Source: the human T2T-CHM13v2.0 reference genome, Homo sapiens
DNA: 64,000 nucleotides
Reading direction: 5' to 3' (one strand)
Assembly (NCBI RefSeq): GCF_009914755.1
Contig: NC_060928.1
The position numbers and the translations under genes are program-made. The notes beneath the pieces are model-generated. The model saw only the letters and a list, made by a program, of their open reading frames with translations, had not been told where the DNA came from and made no database searches. Shown here in pieces: positions 1 to 13,464 of this stretch (position 1 is the first letter of the stretch; each line of letters starts with the position of its first letter).

Positions 1-384
1 AATTTACATTTTCTTTAAAGCAAGAATCTAACAACTCCTTTTTTATTTTCGGGGGCTCCTCCGATCTGCTGCTTTTTTATTTTTATTTATTTATTTATTT
101 TTTTGAGGCTTTCCTGTCACTATGGAAATATCAAGGCCCTTTTGGCAGCTGGAATGCAGACAGATCCAGCACAACCAAGTCACTTTTCCCACATGGAGAT
201 TCTGCAGAGTCTTCAGCAGAGACGCAAATTTGCAGATTTGGGTAATAAAGATCATAGCCTTAAACAAGACTTCCCTGATGTCTACCTTCTGCCCTGTACT
301 TTTCACTTTTGTATCACACCATTTTTTAAATCACTTTAATGAAAAGTATTTGAACATTTTTTTTGTGTGTTTACTACATACAAC

Positions 385-512
385 TCTATAATGGAATCTC
401 TATGACAAGAAGAGCTTTGTTTGTCTTTTTCTATGCTGTTTACCCAGTACCAAGAATAATGCCTATTATCTAGTGGCACTCCATATATATTTAGTGAATA
501 TATTTATGAATT
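385..512 (+). mobile_element. L2 LINE 3' end remnant
   Basis: Matches the L2 3' tail pattern (ctttgtttgtc...tgctgtttacccagtacc...aataatgcct...tagtggcactc...atatttagtgaat). Confidence 0.7.
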
Positions 513-734
513 ATGAGAGAAAAGGCCATATTAAGAACTCCTTATTTGTATAAAAATAGTAAATTAAAAGCAACACCACAATCATGGAGAAATGTAAGAT
601 TACTGTCACCATAAAATTATTGAAAGATGCAGAAATGCTCATTCTAGCTGCAAAATATATTTTCTCTACAGTGGTTGATGAAATTTTTTTAAAAAATAAG
701 TTGGATGTTACAGAAATAATTTTTGGCTTCTTAT

Positions 735-1600
735 AGGGCCGCAGTGGAGAATGGGATACCAGAGGACCAGGTGACCTAAGCTGTCTCACTTGAATAAGGT
801 ATATCTGATATATCTAGCCAAAAGGTTGGGCTTGCCCAAAAAACTTTCATCATCATATATGGACAGGAGTAGTTTCGAGCAGATACTAAAGGTACAAATA
901 AAGTAAGATTCAACTTCATTCACACTCCCTATCTATCTATATCCTGCCACACTGTAGCCCCTCTTCAGGACATAAATATGACCTCACACTCCCTATCTAT
1001 CTATCTATATCCTGCCTCACTGTAGCCCCTCTTCAGGCCATAAATATGACCAGCCCAAATAAGAGGAAATAATTTAAGCTTGGCTTCCCAATGGCTCTGC
1101 ATAATATGCTGTCACCAGCTATAAATGAAATGCAGCATGACATTTCTTTTAGGACTTTCTCTTGAAGAAAGAGAGTCAATCTCCTGCATGGCCATTTTGT
1201 CCACTTAAGGATGTATGGCTTTGTTCACTTATAAGGATGGATGTCTTAACATAGAGATATATTATGGTTTATGCTTGATGTCTAAGGTTTTGAGATGATG
1301 GTGTAAGTGGTCAGGGACTTAGAAGACTGAAATTAGACATTTGGTGACAAAGAAATTTTAGAAAGAAGTTTGAAACTGGATTCCATGAATGATCCTTGCT
1401 CCTGGCCATCATACCTATGCTAGCAACACCATCCTGGGAACACTAAATGCCTGATACACCACATATTCTCCAACACAAAAAAATATAATTATCTAGAAAA
1501 AATAAGTAAAGCAGAAAACTGATGCCTTAAGGAATTTGGGGTCTCATAATATACTGTGTATCATCCAGAGAGCTAGTATTATAGACTACTGAAATGACTT
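735..1600 (+). mobile_element. Old ERVL-family internal (pol RNaseH/integrase region) remnant
   Basis: Degenerate similarity to ERVL pol (ccaaaaggttgggcttgccca..., tggtcagggacttagaagactgaaattagacatttggtgacaaagaaatt); no intact ORF. Confidence 0.6.
920..1051. repeat. Tandem duplication, 64-bp and 68-bp units
   Basis: tcacactccctatctatctatatcctgcc.cactgtagcccctcttcagg.cataaatatgacc at 920-983 and 984-1051; 2 substitutions and one extra CTAT unit. Confidence 0.95.
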
Positions 1601-1954
1601 ATTCATTGGTTAAAAATACATTTTAGATTGCATAGAAATATTTCTGTTCATAGTTACTTGAGTGTGATTATCAATAGTATACTCTTTCACTCATAAAACA
1701 TAGTTATTTGGATGGCACATTATATCTAGCAAACCTATGTTTAGATGAACCTAGGAGACAACATTTTATATTACTCTGTAGAGTGGTACGTTTTACTGGA
1801 AGTCTACTGTGAACTCTTGCAGGCAAGAAAGGCCTATATAATGGCTTATTCTTTACTATTAAGATGCGGCTTGTTTTACTAGAGAAAGATGATCAACAAT
1901 GTACTGCTAACAAATAAACAGGACATGTAATAAGCAACATCAAAATGAGAGAAA

Positions 1955-2382
1955 GGAAAGAGACAGAGAAAATGAGAGATATTTATTATGAGAAATTGGC
2001 TTATGCAATTATGGAGAGTGAGAAGTCCCACAGTCTGCCATCTGCAAGCTGGAAACTCAGAAAAGCAACTGGTGCAATTCAGTCTGAGACCAAAGGTGTG
2101 AGAATCAGGGGAGCTGATGTAAATCCAAGTCCAAGGGCAAGAGAAGAGGAGATATGTTTCAGCTCAAGCATGCAGGCAAGTATGCATTTTTCCTCTGACT
2201 ATTTTACTCAAGCCCTCAAAAATTAGATGATGTCCTCTCATAATTGGGAAGTAAATAGACTTTATTGAGTCCACCAGTTCAAATACTAATCTCATCCAGA
2301 AACACTCTCACAGACACACCCAGAAATGTCTATTTGAGCACCCCATGGCTAGGCAAATGGACATATAAAATTAACCAACATA
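1955..2382 (-). mobile_element. MLT2-family (ERVL) LTR
   Basis: Typical MLT2 reverse-strand text: gagaagtcccacagtctgccatctgcaagctgga...ctaatctcatccagaaacactctcacagacacacccagaaat...aaattaacca. Confidence 0.85.
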
Positions 2383-2739
2383 GTGAATAAATGTTAGTCC
2401 TCCAGAAAGGTGGAAATTGACTTTTTATCTGAAATGTATTAATTCTCACTTTCTATACAGGGAAAAAATTCTATTGAGCCTTCTTTTCCCAGTACAAAAG
2501 ATAATTAAAATGGGGTTATATACTACATTGGCACTTATGGAGCAGGCATCTGATCTAATTTGGCAATAGTTGCTCCAACTCAATATTATGAATCTTGAAC
2601 AAGTTTTGCAATCATGTAAGAACAAATTGATGTTAACTTACAATTGTGAGGTGCACCCTACCAGTAGTATACATCAACAGAATATTAAGTGGTAGCAACA
2701 ATAGAAAATCATCATTCTAACAGGATATTCCTGGTGGCC

Positions 2740-3197
<458 letters not shown>

Positions 3198-3589
3198 TCT
3201 GCATTTGAAAAATTGTAAAAATGTATACACAAAACTTTTCTAAGCAAAATGTTCACATAGTGTTTAAATAGTCTTACATGCAACAAGACCTAACAGTTTT
3301 GGCTGATCTAAGAATTAATACAAAGTAGAAATGTAATGTATCTTACAGAAAGTAGAGTAGAAGTACAATATGTGCTAATAAAAGGCAATGCTCAGAAAAA
3401 AATGTAAAAGCTATTCAGATTAGCATAAATTACTTCAAATAAGGGCTTTGTATTTTTAGATGTACTGTGTGTAGTTGTAAGACAAAAAACCAGGATCAGA
3501 GATTAGAAGTTACAGTTCTGAAGATTTCAGCTAAATACCATACCGAATATTTAATAAGCTTTTCAAAAATTGAATTATCTCACTTGGGA

Positions 3590-3770
3590 GACTATAGTGA
3601 AATCAGACTTTGTCCTAGATCTTATTCCCATATGTAACACTTATTGCCTATGTGATTTTCAGCAAATAACTTCTTTAAGATACAGCCCTTTCATTTATGT
3701 AATAAAAAACTATAAGACCAGAACCAGTCTTACCATTGTATTGGTTTCCTCATTTATGACTTAAATAAAT
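3590..3770 (+). mobile_element. MIR SINE remnant
   Basis: Core-like text acttattgcctatgtgattttcagcaaataacttc...ttcatttatgtaat. Confidence 0.55.
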
Positions 3771-4240
3771 CTTTGACATATGCTCACTCTATTTATTTGT
3801 GTAGGAATTTTTAACTTTTTAAAAATGATCCCTTGACAGTAAGATGTCCAAGCAGACTCACCTTCTGGAGCCAGTTCAACTGCGTGGCCCCAGAAAGTAC
3901 ACTTCATGGGCTGTTTGGGTCCAGGCATGTATATTCTTGGTTCTGAGAGTAAATTGCAAGGAGCAAAATAATTTTACTTCAGCTGTCTCTCTGATTCTCT
4001 GGGGTATTTTTCTTCCAATTCTGGGTTTTTATTTGTATTTCTTTTTTGGGGCCACGTTTAGCTTTGAGCCTGGACTGAACATGGTTTCCCCGTTGGTAGC
4101 AGCAGTGTTTGGGAATCAGATTTTTATTTTCTGATCATTTCATTTTGTTGTTTCTGTTGAGTAAAAGCAGGGCTTTATTCTTTGTCAGATAAGAAATGAC
4201 TGAAGATTTGGTTTGTTAATTGTGTTGTGGTCTGCCTCTC

Positions 4241-4605
4241 TGTGAAGCAGATCACCTCCAAAGATGGTCATCAATAATTTTCCTACTTCCTTCTTCAAGA
4301 AGTGGAGTCTTACTATTTCCTTTTTTTGAATCTGAGCTGGTCTCGTGACTTGCTTTAAACAATAGTAGGTGACAGATTAACTGTACACTAATTCCAGGCC
4401 AAGTCCACGTGACAACTTTCACTTTTGCTGTATTAGAGCTATAATACAACATTTAAGAAGTCAAATTATGCTGCTCCTGAGGGAGATGCCAAGCCACATT
4501 TGTTCCAGCCATCTTGGCTTAGGCACCAGACATGCAAGCAGAGGCTTCTTGCACTTTCAAGCCTCAGACAAGTTCTTGGCTAAATGAGTGACCCCAGATA
4601 ACAAA
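4241..4605 (+). mobile_element. MLT1 (F/G/H-like) MaLR LTR
   Basis: aaagatggtc...caagaagtggagtct...tgaatctgagctggtctcgtgacttgcttt...ccagccatc...ggcaccagacatg. Confidence 0.75.
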
Positions 4606-5975
4606 GAGTGATGATATAAAGGGTAATAGGGCAATCATTAGTGACATTAACATCATAATATGTGTATGGACAATTTGTTATTATCAATATATTATTTCCT
4701 GCTGGTTTTCTCATAATGTTTTTTCAAATTATATTCTTAATGATATTCATTAATTTATTTCCATTTGTATTGGAACAGCTGAATTAAATTCAGTGCATGT
4801 ATACAATACAAAACTTGACATAATGCCTCTCTTGGATTTTACAAAAAGTCTTTTTACATTTTTAATGAGAACTTAATTTTTGTTCTTTTAAGAAGAGAGG
4901 AAAATTTTTACTATATATCTTTGTTTTTAACATTAAAATTGATGTATTTTGATGACTTCACACATGGAAAAATTAGGCCTAAAACAATTGTATTAATTTA
5001 CAAATGTTTCATTTGAAATCTTTAGTATCTTTTTTTAATATTAATTTAGCCCTTAATTCAAGGAAGATATTAGAGGTATCAAATATATCTAATCAACACA
5101 GTTTCTACATAATAAGGTCATCAACTCTGCATGACTCTGGTACTAATAGTAGATGTTTTTATGCCTGTCAGTTTCTAATAAACCCTGCCTTTCTCCTGAG
5201 CTGTGATGAGCATACTTAACAGTACAGTTAAGAAAGGTGCTTGTTTCCCATTGATTGTGGATTTCTTTCCTTTCCAAATAATATATCACAATTTCTTTAT
5301 AATATTTAATTTTCATTACAGTTCATGTGATATATATATATAATTCTCTCTTTAATCAGAGCTCAATCATGAGCCCTTGTTTAGATCATAGAAACAGACA
5401 AGACATTTTTCTATGTGGGATACAATGGCATTTCCACAGAGAGGCATCAGTCTTCTGATCTGTTTATTTGATTGCTTTAGCCCTTAACCAGAAAACATCT
5501 GGCAAAGTAAACCATTGTTGCAGCACTAAATCTGGAAGTTTTTGTTTTTAAGTTTCTTTTCATTCTGTGAAAAATTACTTTCTCTGGAAAGAAAAGAAAA
5601 AGCTATTACTATTAGAAAAGCATGACTACACATTGTGAATTTTTAAAATATTGATCACAAATTTCAACATGAATGTAGATGCCTACACTATTAGAATGCT
5701 TTTACTTGGTTTCAGTTTTCTAGTTTTTGTTAAAATATCTCCACCATCCCCACTTTAATTTTAGGTTATTCCAACTAGACATTGAGAAAGGCTGAAATTC
5801 TCATTTGACTACATTTTACTCACTTTGAAAACAAACAGATAATTGACTAATGTTCTGCTGAAACAGCAAAGGCATATTCATATACCTAAATTAATAGTGT
5901 TTGGCATATTTATCTTTTGACATACATAGTACAAATATATGGCCTTATATATAGTTATCTTTATCCTGTATCTTT

Positions 5976-6265
5976 ACACATACACAGACACACACACACA
6001 TATATACATATATATGCATAGTTGTATGTATAGACACACACAGATATAATCTCGGTATTCCTTTATATATATATAATTACTAAATATAATTTAGAAGGCA
6101 TTGAATTGTACTGTAAAACCATGCCCTAGATTTCATTATTTAACATTATTTCATCATTAATTTAACAACCATTTCTTAAAATATATTTATTTGTGTCTCA
6201 CATGCTTACATACATACATATGCTAGATATATGTGTATGTGTGTACATAAGCATGTTACATACAA
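5976..6265. repeat. Degenerate (CA/TA)n low-complexity tracts
   Basis: Interrupted alternating purine-pyrimidine runs. Confidence 0.7.
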
Positions 6266-6689
6266 ACAAGTTGCTTAGAATCACATTTATAGCCAAAGAA
6301 TGATTTCTCTGTGTTTTGGTAACACATTCCCTAATGTCTCTATTATTAGCTCCATTGGGACCAATTTAAAACTATCCACCCATGTTCTCATGGATTGAAT
6401 AAGGCTATATATCATTGTTTAAATGTACTACTCAAAAAATTGGAATCCACGGGGAAAACATAGAAACACTAGGTAAACAAAAATCATCTTCCCAACCAAT
6501 ACTCTTTTCACAAAGTTTTAGAAACAATTTCTTCCTTCTAATTTATTTATGATGTTTAAGGTATTAAGAAAGAGGAGTCGGAAATTTAATTTTTATTTTT
6601 TACATTTTTTCTCTTGGGAAAATACTCAATATTCACACCATGAGATATGTTCTACTATAGCAAACCCAGGAAAAAGGAAAGGGAGATTT

Positions 6690-6840
6690 TATTTACTAAG
6701 CAGGTTCTATCTTATGCAAGTTACTGTGTTAATGTCTTTATATACATATAACCCTTGGCTCATAACAATACTGTGAATCTAGCTATACTCCTATTTTATT
6801 GAAGTAGTTGAAATTCCAATGTTATTTGAAACGCTTTCTA
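6690..6840 (-). mobile_element. MIR remnant
   Basis: ctcataacaatactgtgaa...ctcctattttattgaagtag resembles the reverse MIR core. Confidence 0.5.
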
Positions 6841-7147
6841 TCTGGCTCCCAGAATTGCAATATCTTCATGAACAGAACTTGCTCATTCCTGCTTATTTAC
6901 ATCATTTCACAATCATGCCTTTTACAACTTATATGCATACGTTCCTTTACATATTTTACCCATTATTTAATTACTATTTCATATATGCAAAAATGTACTT
7001 CTCTCAGAACTTTATGCAGCTGCCAACTTTGATACAGATACATTACTCCAATTTTATTCTCTTTTCCTTTAAATTTTACTCCTGTCACTTACTACTTTGT
7101 GGAGTTATCATATGTATTCTTTTCATTTTATGCTTTCATTGTGTGTA

Positions 7148-7268
7148 CTCCACAGTGGATTGTAAACAACCTTACAACAGGGACCATGTATAATTCACTG
7201 ATGTGTATCAAGTGTCTAAAACTATGCTTGTAACAAAGTAAGAATTAATGAAATATTTGTGATTGACA
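7148..7268 (+). mobile_element. L2 3' end remnant
   Basis: gattgtaaac...cagggaccatgt...ttcactgatgtgtatc...aatgaaatatttgt. Confidence 0.65.
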
Positions 7269-8004
7269 GGATAAATAAAAGAGTGTGTAAATGAGTCCTA
7301 GGAACTGTGATAAATGAAATTACATTGTCTTTAACTCTGTAATGGTGTCTTGCTACCAGCTGGTAGGCAGAAATTTTCAGGAGCTCAAATTGCATAAACC
7401 CAGAAAGTTTTAAATTAAAGGTCACCATCTGGAATTATATGCACACATACTTAGTTCCAAAACACTGGTTTAGGGGAATTATTACTTTCCAGACTCATTC
7501 ACTAATTCTCAAAATTGTTTATTTACCAAAAAGTAGAAGTTGTCACTGGAGAATTGTAAAAGGCCAATAGTTCCATCTTAATTGAAGACTGTGTCAAACT
7601 AAAATGATGTCTGAGTATAAAAAACAAAATTATGCATTAATGTAATGTGTAACACACTAATTTTTAAAAATCATAATAAAGAAAAAACCTATCTAATTGT
7701 GTTGTTAAATGCTTATGATGAGCATAAAAATAAGCAAAATTAAATTATTTTATGAAATAAATAAAAACACGGAAGGCATAATCACCTAATAATGCGTGAT
7801 GTGCAACAAAATTCGTTGTTATGTAATTTAACTATATTGTGTATATTTTATATTGATGTAGTTCTACACCATTCTTAAAGTACCATAACATCTATTGACA
7901 CAGTTAATTCTCACATGAACATTTTGAATTAGATATAGAAGATATTTTCTTGTCCCATTTGTAATAAAAAATCAGTTTTAAAAGTACAAAGTTATTTCTC
8001 TAAT

Positions 8005-8355
8005 TCATTCTTTGACAAACGTTAATTGAAAAATTAACCAAGTTCCAGGCAGTGAGTAAAACAGAAATATTTTCTCTTGCCATAGCATGTTTTGGCTATA
8101 ATAGATGCATATTAGACAATAAATACACAAAGCTGTATTAAACAATATGACAAAAATAATAGCAAAAGGTTCATATAATTGGGGGAAACATCTCAACTGA
8201 CAGTTCAGGGAAGGCTTTCTTGAGGAAGTAATATTTGAACTTAAACATAAAGAATCAGTAGAGATTACCTGGGAAGGAAAGACTGAAATAATTATTTACT
8301 CATTCCTGAAAAGGAATTAATAGATACAAATAGCCTAACATAGAAGGGAGCTGGC
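8005..8355 (-). mobile_element. L2 remnant
   Basis: cagggaaggctttcttgaggaagtaatatttgaac is typical reverse L2 text. Confidence 0.6.
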
Positions 8356-8659
8356 ACTAAAATCTACATCTTTTAATTTATAATCCAATTTTGTTATACT
8401 ATAATAAAGAGAGTGGTTGCAATTCACTTATTCTGAGAAAATAAACAAACTAATTAACAAAGTAGATGATATTCTAAACTAAGATACCTGTCTGGCTACT
8501 ATAGCAAAGGACAAATAGCACTGGCAGAAAGCAGAGTATTGCAGAGGTCATGCCATGGGGCAATTACATGCCACTGATAGTGAAACCACTGAGCCTATTA
8601 CTTCATCTATTGACTCAGCAGGTTATACAAACAGCATTTTCTAAGTGTGCCATAATGTG

Positions 8660-9050
8660 AAAAACAGTTGAATCAATGGATTAAACAAGATAGAGTTTTA
8701 TTTCTTTCTTAAATAACAATCTAAGCACAATCTGACCAGAACTATTATTGCAGCACCACTGCGTCAGGGGTCCAGGACCAATTCATGTTTTGACACTGAA
8801 ATCTCTACAGTGCTACCCCACAGGAATGGTCCAAGATGCTACATGACCATATCTGTTCTCTAAATTGTTTGAAGGCTCATGTCTTTCCAATAAAAGCATA
8901 GTAAAATAATTGAACACATCACTTCTGGCAATATCCCATTGGCCAGTAGATAACAAATGACCATGTTTAATTTCAAAAGAGTCTATAAAATATAGTCTTT
9001 CCTTTAGGTGTGCTTGTTCCCAGCTAAAATTAAAGGGTTTATATTGTTAA
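8660..9050 (-). mobile_element. Old MLT1 (K/L-like) LTR remnant
   Basis: tggattaaacaagatagagttttatttct...acatcacttctg...tcccattggccag...ccagctaaaatt. Confidence 0.55.
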
Positions 9051-9059
9051 TGGCCCCTT

Positions 9060-10130
9060 CATTTGACAAGAATTGTTGAGTGACTTCTAGGTGTCAGCAC
9101 TTTTCTAAATACAGATACATTGGAGAGATACATAAGTAAACCGAATTAAGATTTCTACACTTATATTTACATTCTAATAGGAGAGGCAGGCAATAAGTAA
9201 TAAATACTAAAATAAGTATATTAAGGTGTCTTTTCGTTCATAAATATTATGAAAATATAGAAAAAGGAAAGGGTATTGTAGTAGTAAGCTGGTAAATATT
9301 TCAAAACTAGCTCTGTAAAAGAATTCCTTACTTGTAGTGTTTTCCAATTTCCATGCAGGAAATACTTCCAATACGATCAATTTTAAGCTACCAATGTGAT
9401 GTCAACAAACTTGTGAAATTTCTAAAATATTTGCAATCAACTATCATGAGCCTAAACAACTTGGCTCCAGCGTATCACTGGAATATATGGAAGGCATGAT
9501 TTGGAATTGTAATGTGGTGATCGGGAGAATACATAACACAATAACATCTGAGCTTTGTGGATATATGAGAGATGAGTGTCCAGGGATGGAAACAGCCATT
9601 GCTAAGAAATGAGGATCTGGCATTTTTGAGGAATAGTAAACAAGCCAACAGGGCTGGTGCCAAGTAAATAAAGAGGAATCATGTTGGAAATGAAGTGAAA
9701 GAGGAAACTGAGGCCAGATCATGTACAGTTTGTTTATGCTTGGAAGAGTTTTGACTTTTAATGTTATTGAAATGGATAGCCAGCCACTGAGGAGATTTGA
9801 GCAAAGAATGGCATTCTCTTATCTTACAAATATTTAAAATGATTCATTTTTAATATATTTAACATATTTAACTATATTTCATGGTTGATTCAATATTTAA
9901 TGGTTGATTCATTGAAAATAGACTATAGAGATCATGTAGAAGGAGGGAGGTAAGTTAAAAGGTTATTGAAATAATTCAGGCCAAAGATAAATTGGTCTAG
10001 GCTAGCGGAAGAGGATCAGGGTATATGAAAGAAAATCAGGACTCCATATATTTTGAAGGAAGAGGCAATAGGATGTCACAAATGATTCAAGTTTTTTATC
10101 TGACCAACTGCAAGGATGGACATAGCTCTT
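9060..10130 (-). mobile_element. L2 fragment interrupted by MER63
   Basis: gagccac/gccactgaggagatttgagcaaagaatggcat...aataattcaggc... reverse L2a text on both sides of the insert. Confidence 0.7.
9276..9481. mobile_element. MER63-like hAT DNA transposon
   Basis: Ends ...gctggtaaatattt... and ...ggctccagcgtatcactg; internal tttaagctaccaatgtgatgtca. Confidence 0.65.
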
Positions 10131-10139
10131 TGTGGTTTG

Positions 10140-10480
10140 ACACATAAAAACTAAAAAACAAAAATCAAACTCATAGAAACAGAGGGTAGAATGATGGCTA
10201 GCAGGGGCCAGGTTTGGGGGAAGCCAGGATGAAGAAATGTTGGAGTGTACAAAGTTCTACAGCATGGTGAATATAATTAATAATAATGTACTGTATACTG
10301 GAAAAATGCTGACAAATTTTAAATGTACTCATCACAGAAAATGTCAAGGATGTGAGGTGACTGATATGTTAATTAATTTGATTTAATTATTCTATAATGT
10401 GTGCATATATCAAAACATCACATTGTATAACATGAGTATATAAAATTTTGTCAATTTAAAACATTTTATTGCAAAAAAAA
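10140..10480 (+). mobile_element. L1MA (late-numbered subfamily) 3' end
   Basis: aaactcatagaaacagagggtagaatgatgg...tacagcatggtga...atcaaaacatcacattgta with A-rich tail. Confidence 0.8.
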
Positions 10481-10559
10481 TTATTTTCTCTCCACTTACT
10501 TTTCATCCAACATACCATGGTAAAATAGAAATGTAACTACAGGAACAGCTCCCTTATGG

Positions 10560-12125
10560 GGTAGGGAATAATGGAAAACATATGGCAGGTTACTCATCTA
10601 AATCAGTTATCATATCTTTGGAGGAATTGCAGACATCTTTGGACAACAAAAGAACATTCCTGGGTTAGCTCATATCACAACCTCTGGTTCTGTTCATTGT
10701 AAAGCAAATAGAATCATCTGTCCATCATCCTTATTGCCCCCAACTTTGCCTGCTGGAGCTTCCTTCATTGGTTATTGTTCTCTATCTGCAAATCTGAATT
10801 GGCCAGTAAAGTGCATGCCCACCCTGAGACTTTATATCATTCCAAAACCTATCCAGTGAGTACAGTCTCTAGGCCATGGGAGTGATTTTAAGTGTCAAAC
10901 AAGCAATGGCCTTTACAGGTTAGGCATACAATTTTATGGTGAATATAATCTTCTGGAAACATAGTGGACTTTGTATCCGTTTCTATTCAGTGCAATGAAT
11001 GAAACACAGACATGGATATATTCTAAATGTAAGTATTAATCATGAAAAGTTTTATCTTACACTGCATTCTATCCATTCCTTGCTACACACTCCTTCATGG
11101 AGGTTACCTTGAGGCTATCTGAAATAAAAGCTTAGGTGCGATGGTAATAGCCATAATCCCAATTTTGTGGCTGAACTGCTTCCCATGGCCTGCCAAAGAG
11201 TTCTTCATGGTAGTTATTTAAATGCATGAGGCCACAGTCTCTCCTGTTTCCAAAGGTGCCTCTTCAGTCACCTCTTATCACCACTTTAGTTTGGTATACA
11301 AAAACCATTGGATTTTTCATCATTGTCAAGGCTCAAATTACCAGAATTTGGGTAAAATAGATTGCAGACTGAGGCCAAAACAATCTCCTTTTACAAAGCT
11401 GTATTCTCTGGTATCTCTTCTTTGAAACTCTAGGTTTTCTATGATGTTGTCTCTGCTGTCTTGCCGCAAATGTTAACAAGAAATCAACACTTCCAGTATT
11501 TTAATTTTTTCCTATTGGTTCCCCTTAAATTACAGGCTCCTTTGGCCTGTATTCTAACTTCTGAGATTCCCATTATTACAGAAAGTCTATTGGACAAATC
11601 TGGTAACAAATGGTTTGCTTTTACATAATCAGGGTAGCTGACCTTCTAGTCTACAACATCTGTGTCCTTGAGACACAGAAACACCATGCTGATGATTCCT
11701 TTTGAGACTTCGTAACAGCAACTCTACTTCTGGATCAAATGTTGTTTAAGTTTGTTTATAATTTCAAGTGATACAACAATATCAAGCTAAAAGTGGCTTT
11801 AAAAAGTTATATGTTTTTATTTCTTACAAAATAGTACAAGTGAAAATACTCCAGAGATAGGGACCCTGTCTTCTAACTTCTTGTTCTGTCATCCCTAGGA
11901 TATTGCAATTGTTTATATACATCCATGAAGATTCCTGAGCAAAATGTTTCAATGTTGAAAGTAGAGGTTATATCCATTTTATTTAGGAATGCAATCTGAA
12001 AGTTGCACTTGCATTTCATTGGCCTGAACTCAAGCATCTGAGTATTTAAGACAATCAAATGTGACTGAAAAGTAGTCTCTATTTTTGATAGATAATTCCG
12101 TCTCTAATTTTAAGGTTATATTACT
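10560..12125 (-). mobile_element. MaLR (MLT1) internal remnant plus adjoining LTR
   Basis: acagcaactctacttctgg (~11715) is the reverse of the MaLR internal start; MLT1-like LTR text follows from ~11740. Confidence 0.55.
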
Positions 12126-12454
12126 AAAATAATAATGTTAAAAACATAATCAATATTGGGTCATATCTCAAAATCTATGCTCAGGTTTCACATATTTTTC
12201 CTAGAGGCTAGGTAATTGTACATGTATTTTAAATATAATGCATGTAAAACCTAAGCCCTTAAAATAATGTTTTCACTTCAAGTTTAAGAGTTTAATCCAA
12301 AGTGTGAAATTGTTTACATTCTAAAACCCATTTCACAACTTTATACTATGTAACAATTATTGTATTATATTCTAACCCTGATTTTCTTCATCTGGTAATG
12401 AAAGTCATATTTTTACTCGCATTGGTTTATGAGAAGACTAAATAAAATAAAAAT

Positions 12455-12692
12455 CGAATAATATTGAGTATGAATACTTATTATGTGCCAGACTTTAAGT
12501 GATTTCTATGCAGTAGTCATTTAGTCTTCCAAACAATTCTATATTTTAGACACAGCTGTTTTTCTTATTTTCCAAACAGATAAAGCAAGTCACAAATCCC
12601 GTCTTCACTTAAGGTTGCAGAGATAGTGGCTAAAGTGGCTAAACTTCTATAAATTCTGACTCCAGAACTCCCACTTTCATTTAATGCACTAT
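12455..12692 (-). mobile_element. MIR
   Basis: tacttattatgtgccagac...catttagtcttccaaacaattct...tctgactccaga. Confidence 0.7.
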
Positions 12693-12732
12693 GTAAACAA
12701 TTTCGCACATTTCCTAAATATAATATGTGCCC

Positions 12733-13172
12733 TGTATGGTATGCTGAATAATCTCTCCCTCCTCACCAACATGTCCGTATCCTAACTTCTAGAACCTGTG
12801 AATATGTTAGGTTACATGGCAAGAGCGAATAAAGGTTGTAGTTGGGATTGAGATTGCTAATCAGATGATCTAACATAAGAAGTTATCCTTTAACATTGAG
12901 GGGTGGGCACGGTAATCTCAAATGTCTTTTAAATGTCAAAGAGTGAGGCAGAAGAGTCACATTCAAGAGTGATGCAATATAAGACTTGACCAGTCCATTT
13001 GCCTTTGAAGATGGAAGGAAGCTGTGAGCCAAGGAATGCAGGGAGCCTCTAGGAGCTGGAAAAAGATTGGAAACAAAAAGCATGGGGGCTTTTTGAGAGC
13101 CCCCAGAAAGAAGTGTGATCCTACCAACAAATTTGTGGTAACTGGTTAAAGCAGCCAGGGGAACTAAAATAG
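12733..13172 (+). mobile_element. MLT1D-like LTR
   Basis: gaacctgtgaatatgttaggttacatggcaa...ctttgaagatggaaggaag...gagccaaggaatgcagg...tttgtggtaa...gcagcca..ggaactaa. Confidence 0.9.
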
Positions 13173-13464
13173 CATCTAAATTCACACATAAAATTAAGTT
13201 ACACATTTTACTTTTTATGCTGTTTTGTTTTGGACAGAATGAATCACAAAATATTTCATTTTATATATGCATCTGTGACATTTTAAATAGAAAGTAATCT
13301 TGGACTATTAAAATTGTGCAGAATTAACACATGAAAGAAATATATGATATCCTTCCAAGGGCGATTTTGCCTTATCTTTGTGTTTTTATTGGTCTGTTGT
13401 AGGTTGATACATTTTTTTTTTAACATCTGGCAAATACTTTTGCTTTTTGTGGAGGGATGGTATA

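Noticed and set aside
91-391. Three overlapping short ORFs next to a T-rich tract, possible processed pseudogene
   Set aside because: No recognisable protein similarity and no TSD; the region runs into L2 sequence.
3844-4134. 96-aa ORF with hydrophobic stretches
   Set aside because: Hydrophobicity is explained by T-rich composition; no family motif or splice support; may be ERV-derived.
6819-7193. 124-aa ORF
   Set aside because: Low-complexity F/Y/L/I composition overlapping MIR and L2 remnants.
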